The notes: generated by a model from the letters alone, not told the origin. DNA of 64,000 bases from Phoronis australis (GCA_002633005.1 NMRA01000539.1:124001-188000), one strand, 5' to 3'; positions 1-12,721 are shown, counted from the stretch's first letter. Numbers and translations are program-made.

Positions 1-446
1 GGTTTTTCTTAGCAAAGTTCATCCTCTATTTTTTTCCTTCAGACATTGGGGATGAAACCAGGCCAATAAAAACGAGACAGAAATTTCGCCAATGGTGAGT
101 CGCCTAGAGGGCTCAATTGCGGAAAGTCTCAAGAACTAGAATTTTTTGTCATTACCTGGAAAGGCCATTGGTGGCCAGTAATGAGAAATTTCTTTACTTT
201 GTAACGTCACTAGGGTTGTGTTTGACCACTATGCGTCGACACTGAGGAAATTGCACATTACGCAAAATGTGGGTTAACGTTCTTCAGAACGCTAAGACCG
301 CCCGCTCAAAAAGCAGTAAATAAAACTACCACGATCGAGATATGCCCACTTCACCAGGCTTAAGTACAAGGATGCCAGATATATGGCTATCTTCCCATCT
401 CTAACCAAATGTTTATTAGCAAACAGAATGAAGGAGAGCACAGTCG

Positions 447-800
447 ATGTCAAAAATGTTCAAGATAATTGATAATATTGTTCATGAGTATGCATGCCCT
501 GTGAACGAATGTCTTCGTTCAAATGTCAAGAAAAGTTACATTGGTCAAACGGTTTGCTGTCTTTCCCGTCGGTTATCTATGCATCTTCAGACTGGTACCA
601 CCCAAGAACATTTTCTACAGTGCCATGGACGTAAAATCACAAGAAATTGTGAAAACACGTCAATTCGATACGCAGAACACTATGTGCTGCCATTGAAAGT
701 TTTGGAGTCCCTTTTAATTGCATTCGAGAAGCCTATTTTGAACGAACAGCGAAGGAGAATCGCGCCGCACGCTACACTTGTGTGCGTGACTTTCCTGTGA
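447..800 (+). mobile_element. Penelope-like retroelement remnant, GIY-YIG endonuclease fragment
   Basis: ORF reads IVHEYACP..C...SYIGQT..LSRRLSMH..(EH...CH)..LKVLESLLIAFEKPILNEQ, the GIY-YIG/CCHH pattern of Penelope-like elements. No intact RT upstream in the window. Confidence 0.8.
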
Positions 801-2416
801 CACCGTCATTCTTTGCAAAATTTCACACCTGCCCTGTCCCACTGTGTATGCTAATAGCTTTGGCGGTAGTAAAGCGTCACTTTATTTTCACTTAAGAATA
901 CAACAAGTATGCTTCGAAATATCGAGGTCTTTTGGTGAGTTACTGTTCTGTTGAATGTCGAACTTTGGATACGAACGGAATAGTATAAAGATAGTATACA
1001 ACGACAAGTGTCGTGTCTTTAACAAGTTTTGGATAGCTGAATGGTGAATTCAGTGAGCTGAAACAGCAGTTTACAACCTCTTAATAGTTCTCAAAGGAAT
1101 TGCGCTCAGGATCTTTTTAAGACGTTTACATCCGGGAAGCACTTCCCCTTGCCCCCGCTTCCTATGGATTTGAATGATACCGGGGTTGTACCAACACCGG
1201 TGTAAATGGTGACCTATTGAAAAGGGCACCACTATCGTTGATTTTGTCATCTTTATTTTGTCGTACCTTTTTGATCATCAAATGAGCCAACAGGGTGCAT
1301 AACTTTAAATTACAGTGTTACTTTCAAGACCATTTTTCATTGACATTTCTGACAAGATTTAACTACCAAAAGTGCTTTTTAAGTTTTAAACAAAACCCTG
1401 ATGGTCCAAACTTTAAATAAAGTGTCATAGAGCCGAATCTCTCGCTGCTTGTTATTTGTTATTACTGTTGGGCAAGCCCCCAACAGTTTGATTAGCCCGA
1501 GGGGCGCTGATACCTACATTTTTCAACCCCGCCCCCACGTTCCTACGCTGAAGATACTACCGTCCTCCAAGTAAAAAAGAGTGCAGGTGGTCTGATGCCT
1601 TTAGAGGTGTATCAAGCGTGCTTGGGCGGCAAGACTGGACTCATTCACAAATCACCTTTGAATCATGGGAACCCGACATCACCGGTTTCCTCACGGGCAA
1701 AATCCCCCAATCTGTCTGTTTGTTTCAGAAAGATAGAAAGACTATTAAACCTGAATGAACTTGCAATGTCAACCAGGCGGGTTATGTGTCCATATCGTAG
1801 TAGATTACGGTGTCTAGTGTAGGCACTCAGGGCAAATCTCCACCAGATGTTGAGGAGTCTCGGCCTCCAAGCCACAGTTGAGACAAAATGAACATGCCAT
1901 GTGGCCCTGTGATGTTACGGTGCCTCCAAGTAGTTCTAGTAAGAAACAATTTTTGTCTCGTCGAAAAGTAAAAAAATTAGAAATTATTTGGACAATGGAT
2001 TAGTGAGCAGGGCCAAAGTGTCGCGTTGAACCCCCATCCCCGATGACACTAATTGGATTCCACCTCTCTCATCTTACCAATTTGTCGCATCTGCCCACCA
2101 TTTTTGTCATGTAAGGACACTGGTTCCAGCAGAAATTCTTGGCGAAGAATGACGTATTTTCGAGGTGGCATCACAAACTCATCGAGTTTTAAATCTGTTG
2201 AATATTAAATCTGTACAAAACAAAACATGACAATTCTAAAGGCATTTATTCGTAATTCTTTTCCATTCGAGTTAGGCATACCAACTGAAGATAATGGAGA
2301 AAGCAATTCAGTAATCAGGCCTATGCCTGCTAATGATCTGCATCAAAGTTTCATTTTTGTCTACACGTCTCACACCGGTCATTTGTATGACGTATCGTTT
2401 CCGATTCAGTCAAGCT

Positions 2417-5400
2417 TCAGGCGATGCACATTGGTAACACAGACGATTTGATGCAATTTTCGATGGGCGAATAATGGTCAGTGTTTCCGGTCGACTGACA
2501 CCCGCTCTCAACAATTGTCCACGCATCATCTACTCGATAAACGCAGCAGACGACAACAGCTTGTGATGAGGAATATTCATTGAGTGACTTCTCGCACAGA
2601 TGGGAAAAAATATTGTTAGCATCGAAAACTTTCAACAAAGGATCCTTAAATTTGTTAACTCTCGGCGAATCCCATGCACTCAGAGTGAACACGAGAAATG
2701 AGACATCCTTAGGCAAGTCATCCAGTTTGACGTCGATACGATGGGAACCAATTCGCCTGACCCGGTCCATTTCGTCACCAGAATGCTCGATGGCAGTGCC
2801 ACATCTCGGGTTAGTTTCGTCAGCGTAGTCAATGACGCCGATCTTCTGGCCAGCAGTATTAAAAATAAAGCAGCTGACGTCAAGGAAGTCACATGTGACA
2901 CCTGCGGGTACACCCCAGTACAGCTGGAATATTATGCGCTTCAGATCGTCAGGGACTGCGTACAGAACTACCATCAGGTATACAGTGGATTTGGGTTGAA
3001 TGTTGTAGTCCGAGAGAGTCGTGGTCTTCCCCGAGTTGAACGACTGAAAATATAAGCAATACAATGCTACTGCTTCGGGTACGATTATCAACATAAAATG
3101 AATGAGCATCGGACTTCAAACAATAAGACAAACATCAAAACACGAATCTCCCGCCATTCCGTCAAATCCATGCCCGCTAAAGCTGTCTACGCAATTTAGT
3201 TGCTGGAGAAATGAGAACCTCACCAAATTGTTATTTTCAAAAGTATTATCTATTTTGTAGCAACAACAACAAAACTGGCAGAGGATGCTACACGGTTGGG
3301 ATTTCATTTTAACAATCCCATCGGTCACTTTAAAAACTCACCTTGACCTCTTTGTTGTTGTACATCAACCGTTGCTTGCGGACTTCGTGGTTATGGTGAA
3401 GCTGAATATACTTCTTGACTTCTCTGACTGTGGTTTCAGATTTGTAGGGTACTTCGTATCTCTCCCCATTCATGACAATCACATTAAAGAAGGCATCACC
3501 AGGTCCGGCCGTAAGCGGTGGTGGCTCGGGTACAGTGTAGGTGTAAAACATACTTTTCAAAATGGCGCGAATTAGTGCCATTGCACGGGAGTCTGATTTG
3601 ACTTCTTGCTGGCAGCCATCAAACGGGCACATTTCATTTCCTTCCACGAGTTTTACTGTGCACTGAAACAAGTATCACAGCTCTAATTAACTAAAGAGAC
3701 GTTAACAAGCCCACGCAAGAAATATCGAGAGTTTCTCGTGAAATGCATCTCACTGAGCAATTTCGAATAAGGCTACTGTGGTAGATTGCACGAAACAGTC
3801 TTAGTTAGGACTCAATCATATTTACTAAATTTTTAGAGTATCAGTAGCCACTGTTTACTGACAGTGATGTTATATTTTTCTATTACTTTATCTTGATCGT
3901 GAGCTCCTCTTGTATTTGTGTCATTTTCCATATTTGAAAACAGAACCTTATATGTCAGTGAAAATCCATGGCTGCTTCCACGGAAACATCCCTGTTTATT
4001 TTCAAAAGAATTCAACGTAAAGTTTAGCTTCGTAGTGTATAGAAACTAAAACTTGATGTAGCAACAGTAGCCCGAGTCGTCCGAAAATCATGATCAGAAA
4101 TCCTCTTCCTAGTAGAAACATTAACGCCTTTTTTCAAAATCATCCTTAGAGTGGTTTGATTGATAGAAGGGCGGACGCCAAAAATGACTATATATGAGTA
4201 ACAATGGCCACTAAATGGCGCAAAATAGGTGGAATCCATCCTTAAACGGAAACAAGTCATTGTTTCTTTAATGGAGAGCTATTTAGCAAATATTATAAAA
4301 ATCCGTCAAGGAACTTCTGAGAAACAGAGGAAAACGGAAAAAAGTGAAATTGCCACTAGGAGGTACAGCGTTCGTCGGATCCGTCTGAAAGTCGTCGTGC
4401 GTTGTCAACCCCATGTAAAAACACTTGCTAAATTTAATAAACATCCTACTGAGAGTTTAGGAAATACAGCCATGGGCGCAAAAAATGCCGAAGTCGTAGG
4501 AAAATCATCGTCATTCGCCCTCTTCACAGTAAGAACAATCATATGCCAATTTCCACAATCATCCTTAGAGCGACTTGGTTGATAGAGGGGCAGATGTCAA
4601 AAACAGACCCCAAAACAATAAAAATGGCCACTCTTTGGCGCAAAATACCTCGAATCCATCCGAAAAGGGGCGGATAACGTCTTCTCACTAATAGACGCCT
4701 ATCTGTCAGATTTTATAAAAATTCGTCGAGGACTTTTGAAGATACAGAGGTTAACGTAAAAAACTAAAATTTCCACTCAGGGACATAATGGTGGTCAAAT
4801 CCGTCCGAATGTTCGCACGTGCCGTCCAATCCCTGATGAACACGTGCAAAATTTCAAGAACATACACCAAAGGGTTTTGGAGATAGAGCAGCGGATGCCG
4901 GCCGCCTGGATGGACAGGGATGCGCCCACATACAAATATGTGGTGCCATTAAAAATCAGAGTTTACACAAAGTCCACAAATGCGCTGAAATTTTAGTTGG
5001 GACTGTTTCGTGCAACCCGGCACTGAATCACTAAATGGTAGTTGTCGATAACTCATTTAGGCCCTTTCCACACGACTCAAGTTTCCACTTGAAAACCCTA
5101 ACGCTTTCAGTCTACACGTATGCGCTGAATTCGACAAGGAAAAACGTAAACATTTTGAAACATCTTTCAGAGTGTATTTTTGAAAGCATAATTTCTTTAT
5201 GGATACGGGTACCGCTCATACGACATCTTCACGTTAGTATTGGTATATTCGTGTGGACGGACAAAACGTATATATAGTAACTTTTCAAAAACCCCGACGT
5301 CACGACCGTATTTATTAGCATTTTCTAGTGGACGTAAAGAATAAAAGGGTTTTCAGTGGTTAGCATATTCGTGTAGACGGAACTTTTTGAAAATGATACG

Positions 5401-6142
5401 AAAGCGTGAACGGAAAACTTTGAGAACAAAGCCAAAACGACAAGTGTGGACGAAGAAGTTTTTGAAAACGCAAGGCAAAAGTTGCGTTTTCAAATCCAAG
5501 TCGTGTGGAAAGGAATTCATGCTTCGACATGCTTCATCAATTGCTGACGCCACAGTGACACAATATATCAAAAGATGAGAAAATGACTTAAGTCAAACTT
5601 ATGTGAAAAAACTCGCAGACTGCATTTGTCGTTACAGTTTCCTTCATGAAATAAATTGAAGAGTGACATTTTTGTGATTTTTCAATGAAAATTCATCAGC
5701 GCTAAAAGTGAGTTGAACCACAGACTATATCGCCAAGCAACACTGCCTCGCTGTAAGTGAATCAATCAAACACGACATCAACCCCGCGATGATGAATTAT
5801 TCAAGAGGAACGAGTCCCTGTCAAACTATGCCAACGTTCAGCTTCTTTTCATATTGTTAGTCAATGATAAGTTTTCGAATTTTAACTTGTAAGTACGACA
5901 GAAAACTAGGATCGACGGGGTTTCGCTGTGATAAATTTACTCGAAGGGCATCAAATTGTAACATCTATGTACAATATCTGGAAACGATTATCCCACAACC
6001 ATCGACAATTAAGATTACGTGTAATAAGCAAAGTACAACTCACCCTCAAGCAGTGTAGCATGGGATGGTCGCATTCTTCAGTCAGAGGTTCGCGCGGGAA
6101 CTCGCGTGACAATTTATTTTCACGGCACTCATGGCATAACAT
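2417..6142 (-). CDS. RING-like (RBR RING1-type) zinc finger + ubiquitin-like domain + TerD domain fusion protein, about 348 aa, 3 coding exons
   Basis: Exons 6142-6044 (donor AGG|GTGAGT), 3662-3342 (TTTCAG| ... AAG|GTGAGT) and 3043-2417 (TTTCAG|); both introns are phase 0 and join in frame. Spliced protein: CHEC...CDHPMLHCLR/CTVK...CPFDGC (RING-like); FNVIVMNGERYEV...TTVREVKKYI...KQRLMYNNKEVK/...TLSDYNIQPKSTVYLMV (UBL); FQLYWG...DFLDVSCFIF...IEHSGD...IDVKLDDLPKDVSFLVFTLS...CCVYRVDDAWTI (TerD). An acceptor just upstream of the ATG (near 6154) implies a further 5' exon, so the true start may lie upstream. Confidence 0.85.
3776..5025. mobile_element. Non-autonomous TIR element with an internal two-copy ~419-bp repeat, in an intron of the TerD gene
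   Basis: TTGCACGAAACAGTC (3786-3800) is inverted as GACTGTTTCGTGCAA (5001-5015). Diverged direct repeats inside: CATCCTTAGAG at 4141 and 4560, and AATGGCCACT..TGGCGCAAAATA..GAATCCATCC twice. Confidence 0.6.
5060..5516. mobile_element. PIF/Harbinger-like MITE
   Basis: Left end tta|GGCCCTTTCCACACGACT, right end AGTCGTGTGGAAAGG (15-bp inverted match); internal sub-terminal CGTGTGGACG/TTTTGAAAACG motifs; non-coding. Confidence 0.65.
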
Positions 6143-6411
6143 GTCGCAAAATCCTGAAACAACGACGGCGCTATGGAATCTTGAGTTATTCCATTAATAA
6201 AGGGATTCTGCGTTTGCACGATACGTCATGCGTTAAGTTGGTTCAAACCCAAACTAATCCCAATGCCCAAAAATGAGAAACTTGAAGTTCTTTCAGCAAG
6301 TTCGCAAAGCCTCAGTCGTGACGGAAGGTGCGCTGACCAAAATTTTTCAATTATGTCAGGACATTGTCCGCGAAAAATATTGTAAAATAAATACTTTTAA
6401 ACTTATCTATT

Positions 6412-6472
6412 ATACACACGCGCGCACACGCACACACATACATAAATACATACATGCATACATACACATATA
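6412..6472. repeat. (CA)n/(TACA)n microsatellite
   Basis: tacacacgcgcgcacacgcacacatacataaatacatacatgcatacatacacata. Confidence 0.8.
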
Positions 6473-7897
6473 TGATTCGAGTTGTGGCTTGTTTCAATAA
6501 GGTAACAACAATGCTGCGAGAGCTTCCCGATTCGTCCTAAGAACTGTGGACGAGAAGTGTGCGCAAATATAACGCCACTTCACTGTTTGCGGCTGCAGTT
6601 GGATTTTGAGTTGCCGCCATGCACGAAAGACATGAGGTTATATGCCTTCTTTGTTCTCTTGGCCGCCATTAGGTCTTCGTCCGCCATGATGAAATAATTT
6701 TATTACCATACTCATTTACATAAAACAAGTCTCGCAAAAGGAGACTTTCGCGAGATGGTAATTGTAACTGGCTCCCGGATGGTTTCTCCGCACATTGGAG
6801 GACCCGCGGTTTGTAAAATAGTACTTCATTTGCATGTTCACAATTGAATGAGACTATGCATCTTTATGGTCGGTATATAGAAAGTAGTGGAGTTCATTTC
6901 GTCGGATTTCGCTTACCAGAGGCACCAAAGTTATTCTGAAAAAATAACAGACCGGTACAACTCAATGAGATACTCAAAACCTAACGAGCTTTTATACCAG
7001 GTTTGAACAGAGTCAAATTAGTGACGCAAAACATTTGATATATATGGGATCATGGGATAGCAGAACGCTCCCCCTACCCTCTGGCCAGGATCAAAACCGT
7101 CACTCAAACACAATCCCGACTTCCAAACACTGACCTGTCACTGGATAGGGGCTGCGAAAGGCGTGCTTGTGAGTCGGTAAGACATATTTACAGGGTAACA
7201 TACGCCCTGCTTGAATTTGTAAGATTTCTCGATACCTCTAAATTACAATAAGTATGGCAGCCCTAGGAGCCTCCCCCTCGATTGACGTAATTCCTCGCCA
7301 CAATGACTACCCGAACTAAATTCACCTCCCCAGTCACGACAATTTCTGAGCAAACTACCCCTTAGTGACTAAATTTTCAACTACGAAGGGTGGACTCAAC
7401 TTTTGATGGGCCCTTATGGCTACGACTGGCGGGGTCTCTGTTATGTGCGGGGACCATATTTTTGGCGGGCTCCTAAGGTACATTTTATCTAGCTTCATGC
7501 GCGCACCCAGGGGGATCCCCCCATTTGGCGAAGTGGGCAAAAAGGTCCGCCTGTGAGAATCCTCTGTGTTAAATGCGATAAACCAGTGCTTTTTGTCAGA
7601 AAAAACAAGTTTCGATTTAGGCCATTTACAGTTACAAAATTGATCACAGATTTTTTCATGAAATTTTATTAGCTTGGTCTGAAGAAGTCACGTACTGTCA
7701 TTTCTTCCCAACACCAGTCTTCTAAATTGAGTACGGTAAGGACAAGTGGGATGAAACCAAAACTTGCTTTTGACAGCGGAAAACACGGCCTAATGTCGCT
7801 TCAACACCCGCACACATTGATGTTCATTCAGTATATTATGGTACCCCGCGACACGTGTATGCAAGCGAGGTCTTTCAGCAAATGTTCAAAGCCATAT

Positions 7898-8640
7898 CGC
7901 GGAGCGTTAGGGGAAAGTGTCGCCCGTAACTACGCTCGTAATTACGATCGAGACTTCGCTCTTGTTTTACAACGGTAATCTTTATATCCAATGATTTGCA
8001 AGTGACGCGAACGCTAAAGAAGTTGTGCGCTCATAGTTTTACATTCGCATTTTCGCTCAAAATCTTACGCTCGTAATTTTAGAAAGACGTCGTTAGATTT
8101 AAGTCATACCAATCCAGGTGATCACCATTCACTCAACTATACTCAGGTGATATTATTTTGTGGTAATAATTTGTTATACAATTGTATTGAATAAAGAATG
8201 AGTGTTTTACAACTAACATTTAGAAATTTTACTACATTACCCCCCAACCGTTTTGCCAACCTATGCTTTTTGCGATGTCGTATATCATCTACACCTACAG
8301 CTATGAGTAAGAGAATGAAACTTGCTAAAGTATTGAAAAAACATGGCTATTTCCACAAATAAAATAAGATAAAATAAAACAAAAAAAAAAATGCCAGACA
8401 ATACATTTTGCCACCTCAATATGCACTAAAACGGACCATTTTCGAATTCCCGCGATCGCTAGGACAGCATGTCAAAAATATCATTCAATTTTTTGCACAT
8501 ACTTTGCATCTGAGATTTTACCTTCTGCACACTTCATAACATGCGCAAAGATACGAGCGTAAAATTACGAACGTAACCATGTACGAGAGAAAAATACGAG
8601 CGTAAAATTACGAATGTACAAGTGCTTCAGAGCTCCACGT
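7898..8640. mobile_element. Probable foldback-type MITE
   Basis: The left arm has TACGCTCGTAATT copies (about 7931 and 8067); the right arm has the inverse TACGAGCGTAAAATTACG copies (about 8552-8612). Ends are CGCGGAGC / GCTCCACG. Confidence 0.5.
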
Positions 8641-9640
8641 ACCACTTATTTTCTCGGTCGGTGTAATATTAAAGCCGTTTTCGCTTGCCCCCCCCGCCCC
8701 CTGTCCGGCCCTAGCCTACGTGCTCGCGCACTTAGATGTATGGCCTCAATCGAACGGTGCCACCGGTGTTATCTGAGTGACCTAGCACACCTCATTGACG
8801 GTGCAGACTGATCGATCACTATGCAGCCGGACATGGTCACCCGGACGAGAATGATCTATTTTAACTTGAACTTCCGAGGGACGACCAACTACAAAGTGAA
8901 AGAGGAAGATTATAGCTTGACGTCAGAGTCAAGAATCGCTTTCACAATGACGTAGTTGTTACAACATGACAAACAACCCCCCCGGTATGACGTGCATTAT
9001 ACTTTCAGTCTGCGCTGCCCTTACCGTTGCTGTGAACAAACTTTTAATTTCAACACTTTCAATTAATTCATTGGCAAATTACACGAAGAAAACGCTCATG
9101 AAACAACAGCTCAGGGGTCATGCGATCATGGATATTAGTATGATGCGATGCAGTCTATTGCGCTCCCACTCGGTCGTTTCATTAGGCTACTGAGCTTACA
9201 AGCACCATACCGGATTCACTTCCGCGGTGCCAATCTGACCATCATGTACTTTGAAGGTCTTACAAGAAATGACTACAAATTACACAGTGCCATCACGAAT
9301 CCGACTTTAAACTCAAGTCACTTGCATGAATTTTAACGAATTTATAGCACCAATTTTACTTACAAGTTTCCCTTAGACACTGGCTTCTAATTTCTAGGAA
9401 ATCACGTGACAGCAGACTAGCAAATCAAAACGAACTGCAAGCATCGATTAAACCATAGACTATATTTACTAGGGTATATTTTGTGATCAAACAACGTCAC
9501 CTGAAACGGTGGCCGACAAACAGTTCTTAGAAGCGCGGAAAGTGAAAGCGAAAGGCCAATTTAACCGCCGAAGCATTGTTTAAATGTGGGAACTGAGCAA
9601 CACATGACAGGTGCTATTACGTTATTGTAATGAATGATAA

Positions 9641-10426
9641 CAGTGGCGGATTTAGGATATCACAAGGGGGGGGGGCAACATTTTGTCCGGCTGTAAGCAT
9701 TTGCGCAAACTGAACCACGATTGTAGATGCGCATAGCACCGAATGGGGGGAGGTCGGGAGGGGGGTTTATACTACGAGACCTACTTTTTTATGGTCCACA
9801 GCGTTTGCGCGCGAAACCTACTTCGTTTTGTAATGCTTATTACACGTTTTATATTTTGTGCCATCAATTCTTAACAAATTTGTCGTATTTAAAATAATCT
9901 TCAAATGCCCAAAAGACCAAATCCGTTTTTCGTGTTGGCAATAATGACGGGATTGCTTTGGAAATCGTCTAAGTTAAGGTTTGACAAAGAGAGTATTGCG
10001 AGTTTCTGAGTGATTCACTAAGGCTTCGATTAAAATTCACATCTTACCAGCAGCTTCTGTTTTTCATCGTCACTCAGGTTCCATTTTCTTTAAAAAATGA
10101 AGTAAATTTTCTTCATTGCACAGTGGAGCAGACGACAGAAAAGGAGTCGTAGTGCGCAGCGCCACTGCCGGTCGCCTGGGATATCGCGGGAGAACCTATA
10201 CTTAGCCATAGTTCCGTTACGAATGCGCCGTGTTCCGAATTTGACACTTGAAATTGGATTTGAGCCCCCCTCCCAACACTAAAATTGCACACATTTAAAT
10301 CTTTCTTCATCCGTATAATTTTAATTACCGGGGTTAATTAATAAACTCAACAATTCCCTACGCTCTTACTGTTTTATTTTTTGCGGCAGCCAGGGGGCGG
10401 GGCGGCCCCCCCTAAATCCGCCTATG
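9641..10426. mobile_element. Non-autonomous hAT-like element with 5-bp TSD (GATAA)
   Basis: gataa|CAGTGGCGGATTTAGG ... CCTAAATCCGCCTATG|gataa; G/C-run sub-terminal motifs. Confidence 0.75.
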
Positions 10427-11129
10427 GATAATTAGTCTGTTCCGCCCACGCAGCTGGTTGGTCAAGGCACACCAGCCGCAGTCTATGACGGTGATTGGAG
10501 GGAATTTGACAGCATATACGGTGTCGGCAGGGGATCAAGATTCAGCCCTCAAATTGTAGGTCCGCCATTGGGTAGGGCCGGGCCACCGAAAAATTCATGC
10601 TGACACGGATCCACAGAAAAAATCTGATTTTGTAATAAAGGAATATAATTAAAAATAATACATAAGTGCACTAGCAAATTGTAAGATGCCGATGTTGTCA
10701 TCAAATATTTGATACCTTTACAAAGTCGACCACCTTTTCACAAATCCTCCCCAGGATCAGTATTTGTACTGATAATTAGCCACCGATACAAAGAAAATGC
10801 AAATCTATGAATTATTTCAATTAAATATTTTCTAATTGTAATCGCGAGTTAGAACTATCCCCAACCGACTGAGACTTAGACGGACAAAAACTAATATTAC
10901 TTCATGAATTATTACTGAAGTCTTTCGAAATATAACTTCCCACAACATTCATATACTGGCGGCATCAACCTATTATCAAGCGTAGTTTTTGCCATTTACA
11001 ATTTATTTCAAGAGATATTTGCATTTTATTTTCGGGTCCCCTTAGAGGGCAATGCAAACTCAAGCTCGTTCGAAATGTTAATCGTGAACTTCGGCGTGAC
11101 ATTATAGCGTATATTATTGTATATTAGAG

Positions 11130-12200
11130 AGAAAACGTCGTCAAAAAGCCTTACTGGAATAATGAATTAGATAAATTTTGGAATGTATTAGATTTATTAG
11201 AAAAAGAATTGGTGCGTTGTAACAGGGGACATCACCACTGGGTGAATTTTATACGCCAATTTGTTTAGACTCAAAATGATTTTGATAAAAAATTTAAATT
11301 TTGCAAACGTCAATAATTAACAAGAAAGTTTTAGAAACTCCGAGTACAAATAAATCCCAGTGAATTTTGGGGATATGTTAAAAAAGCTAGTAGCCAAAGT
11401 GGCGTACCTTGGGAAGTCCTAGATTTCGACGACAATAGAGTTTGTTCGAACATAAATATTGTTTTACAAAAGTAAAAAATGATTTTCAAACGCTATTCCA
11501 AAATCATCCAGCCGATAAAAGTTTTGATGAGATTTTTATAAAATTGTAAACGAAATAATATGGAAAACTCGTGCATCAGTGAAAGCAACGACAATGTTTC
11601 TGTCATAAATAGCGATACAAAATTTGGAGAGGTTATAGGTGCAAAAATGTTAAAGAAGTTAGTATAGATAAGAATCCGTACGAGGTGTTAAATTTAGTAA
11701 CACTATTAAATTTCTTACTGAGTTGTTCAAAAAGATTTTTGAGAGCAGTGTTCTGCCCTATTTTGGAACTGCGCAATTATCGTTCCTATAGCAAAAATTC
11801 ACCTGATGATCCCCGAGTACCTTTATACTAGGAACTAGTATGTTGTCAAATACTTATAAAATTTTCAGCTCTATAATGAACAATAGTATAGAAAATTTTT
11901 GTGACGCAAATAATATTATTGTGGATGAGCAAAACGGTTTCCGCAGTCAGCGCTCTTATCTTGATCCTTTATATTTTTTAACAACTCTAATAAGGACTAG
12001 AAAGGCTAGAAGCCTTCTAGCATTTCTACTATTATGGCATTCATAGGTATGAAAAAATGACTGGGCTAGTCACGAACCCATGTTTTATAAGTTGAATGGA
12101 TATAAGAATGATTTACCAGGACAAATATATTCTGTTATTAAATAATAAAACACCATTAAGCTGAATTCGTTTAAACAACGAACTAAATACACCTTCAATA
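11130..12200 (+). mobile_element. Decayed non-LTR retrotransposon (LINE) reverse transcriptase region
   Basis: ORF 11840-12046 LSNTYKIFSSIMNN...IIVDEQNGFRSQRS..D.L..LTTLI matches the LINE RT N-terminal motifs; surrounding frames are broken by stops and frameshifts. Boundaries approximate. Confidence 0.75.
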
Positions 12201-12419
12201 AATGGCAACAAATAAAATAGTACGCTTGTGGAATAAATTAGTAACCGCCGGACTGAGTGAAAAGACAGGCCTACCTGCAGGCCGCGGCAGCCGGGGCTCA
12301 TCGGGTTCTTGGGTTCAGTACTTGCAGATTTCTGGCCGGGTGTTTTCCGTCGGAGGAAAACTTAAATGCCCCGCTTTTTAAACTGTACTCGTATCCGTCC
12401 TCGAATATAAAACCTTTTC

Positions 12420-12721
12420 CAGGGGCTGATCCAGGATCATTAGTTGGGGTGGGGCAGGGTACAGGAATAACCAGAATTTCGGCACACGCGCGCGCCCAGA
12501 CTAAACTGTAGGGATGCAGGGGTCTCGAATCTTTGGGTTTGCGGACCGTTTGACTAAAAAAAAACGGTAAACGGGCTTTGTTCAGGGCCCGCCCCCGGAG
12601 CCCCGCCGCCCCAGTGATGCGCGTATATGCTAGTCAGCAATTTGCACCCGAACTGCCATATGGTATCTGGTAGAAATTTAGGGGGGCCATGACCCCCTTG
12701 CCCCCCCTAAATCCGCCACTG
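12420..12721. mobile_element. Non-autonomous hAT-like element with 5-bp TSD (TTTTC)
   Basis: ttttc|CAGGGGCTGATCCAGG ... CCCCCTAAATCCGCCACTG|ttttc; same terminal family as 9641-10426. Confidence 0.7.

Noticed and set aside
2417-3109. Bacterial contamination as the source of the TerD domain
   Set aside because: The domain is in a spliced gene with canonical introns, among animal transposons and genes, with no ter operon neighbours.
6520-6690. Candidate first coding exon for the TerD gene (ATGGCGGCAACT... or ATGGCGGACGAA...)
   Set aside because: Only a weak GTGAAG donor gives the right phase; cannot be supported without cDNA.
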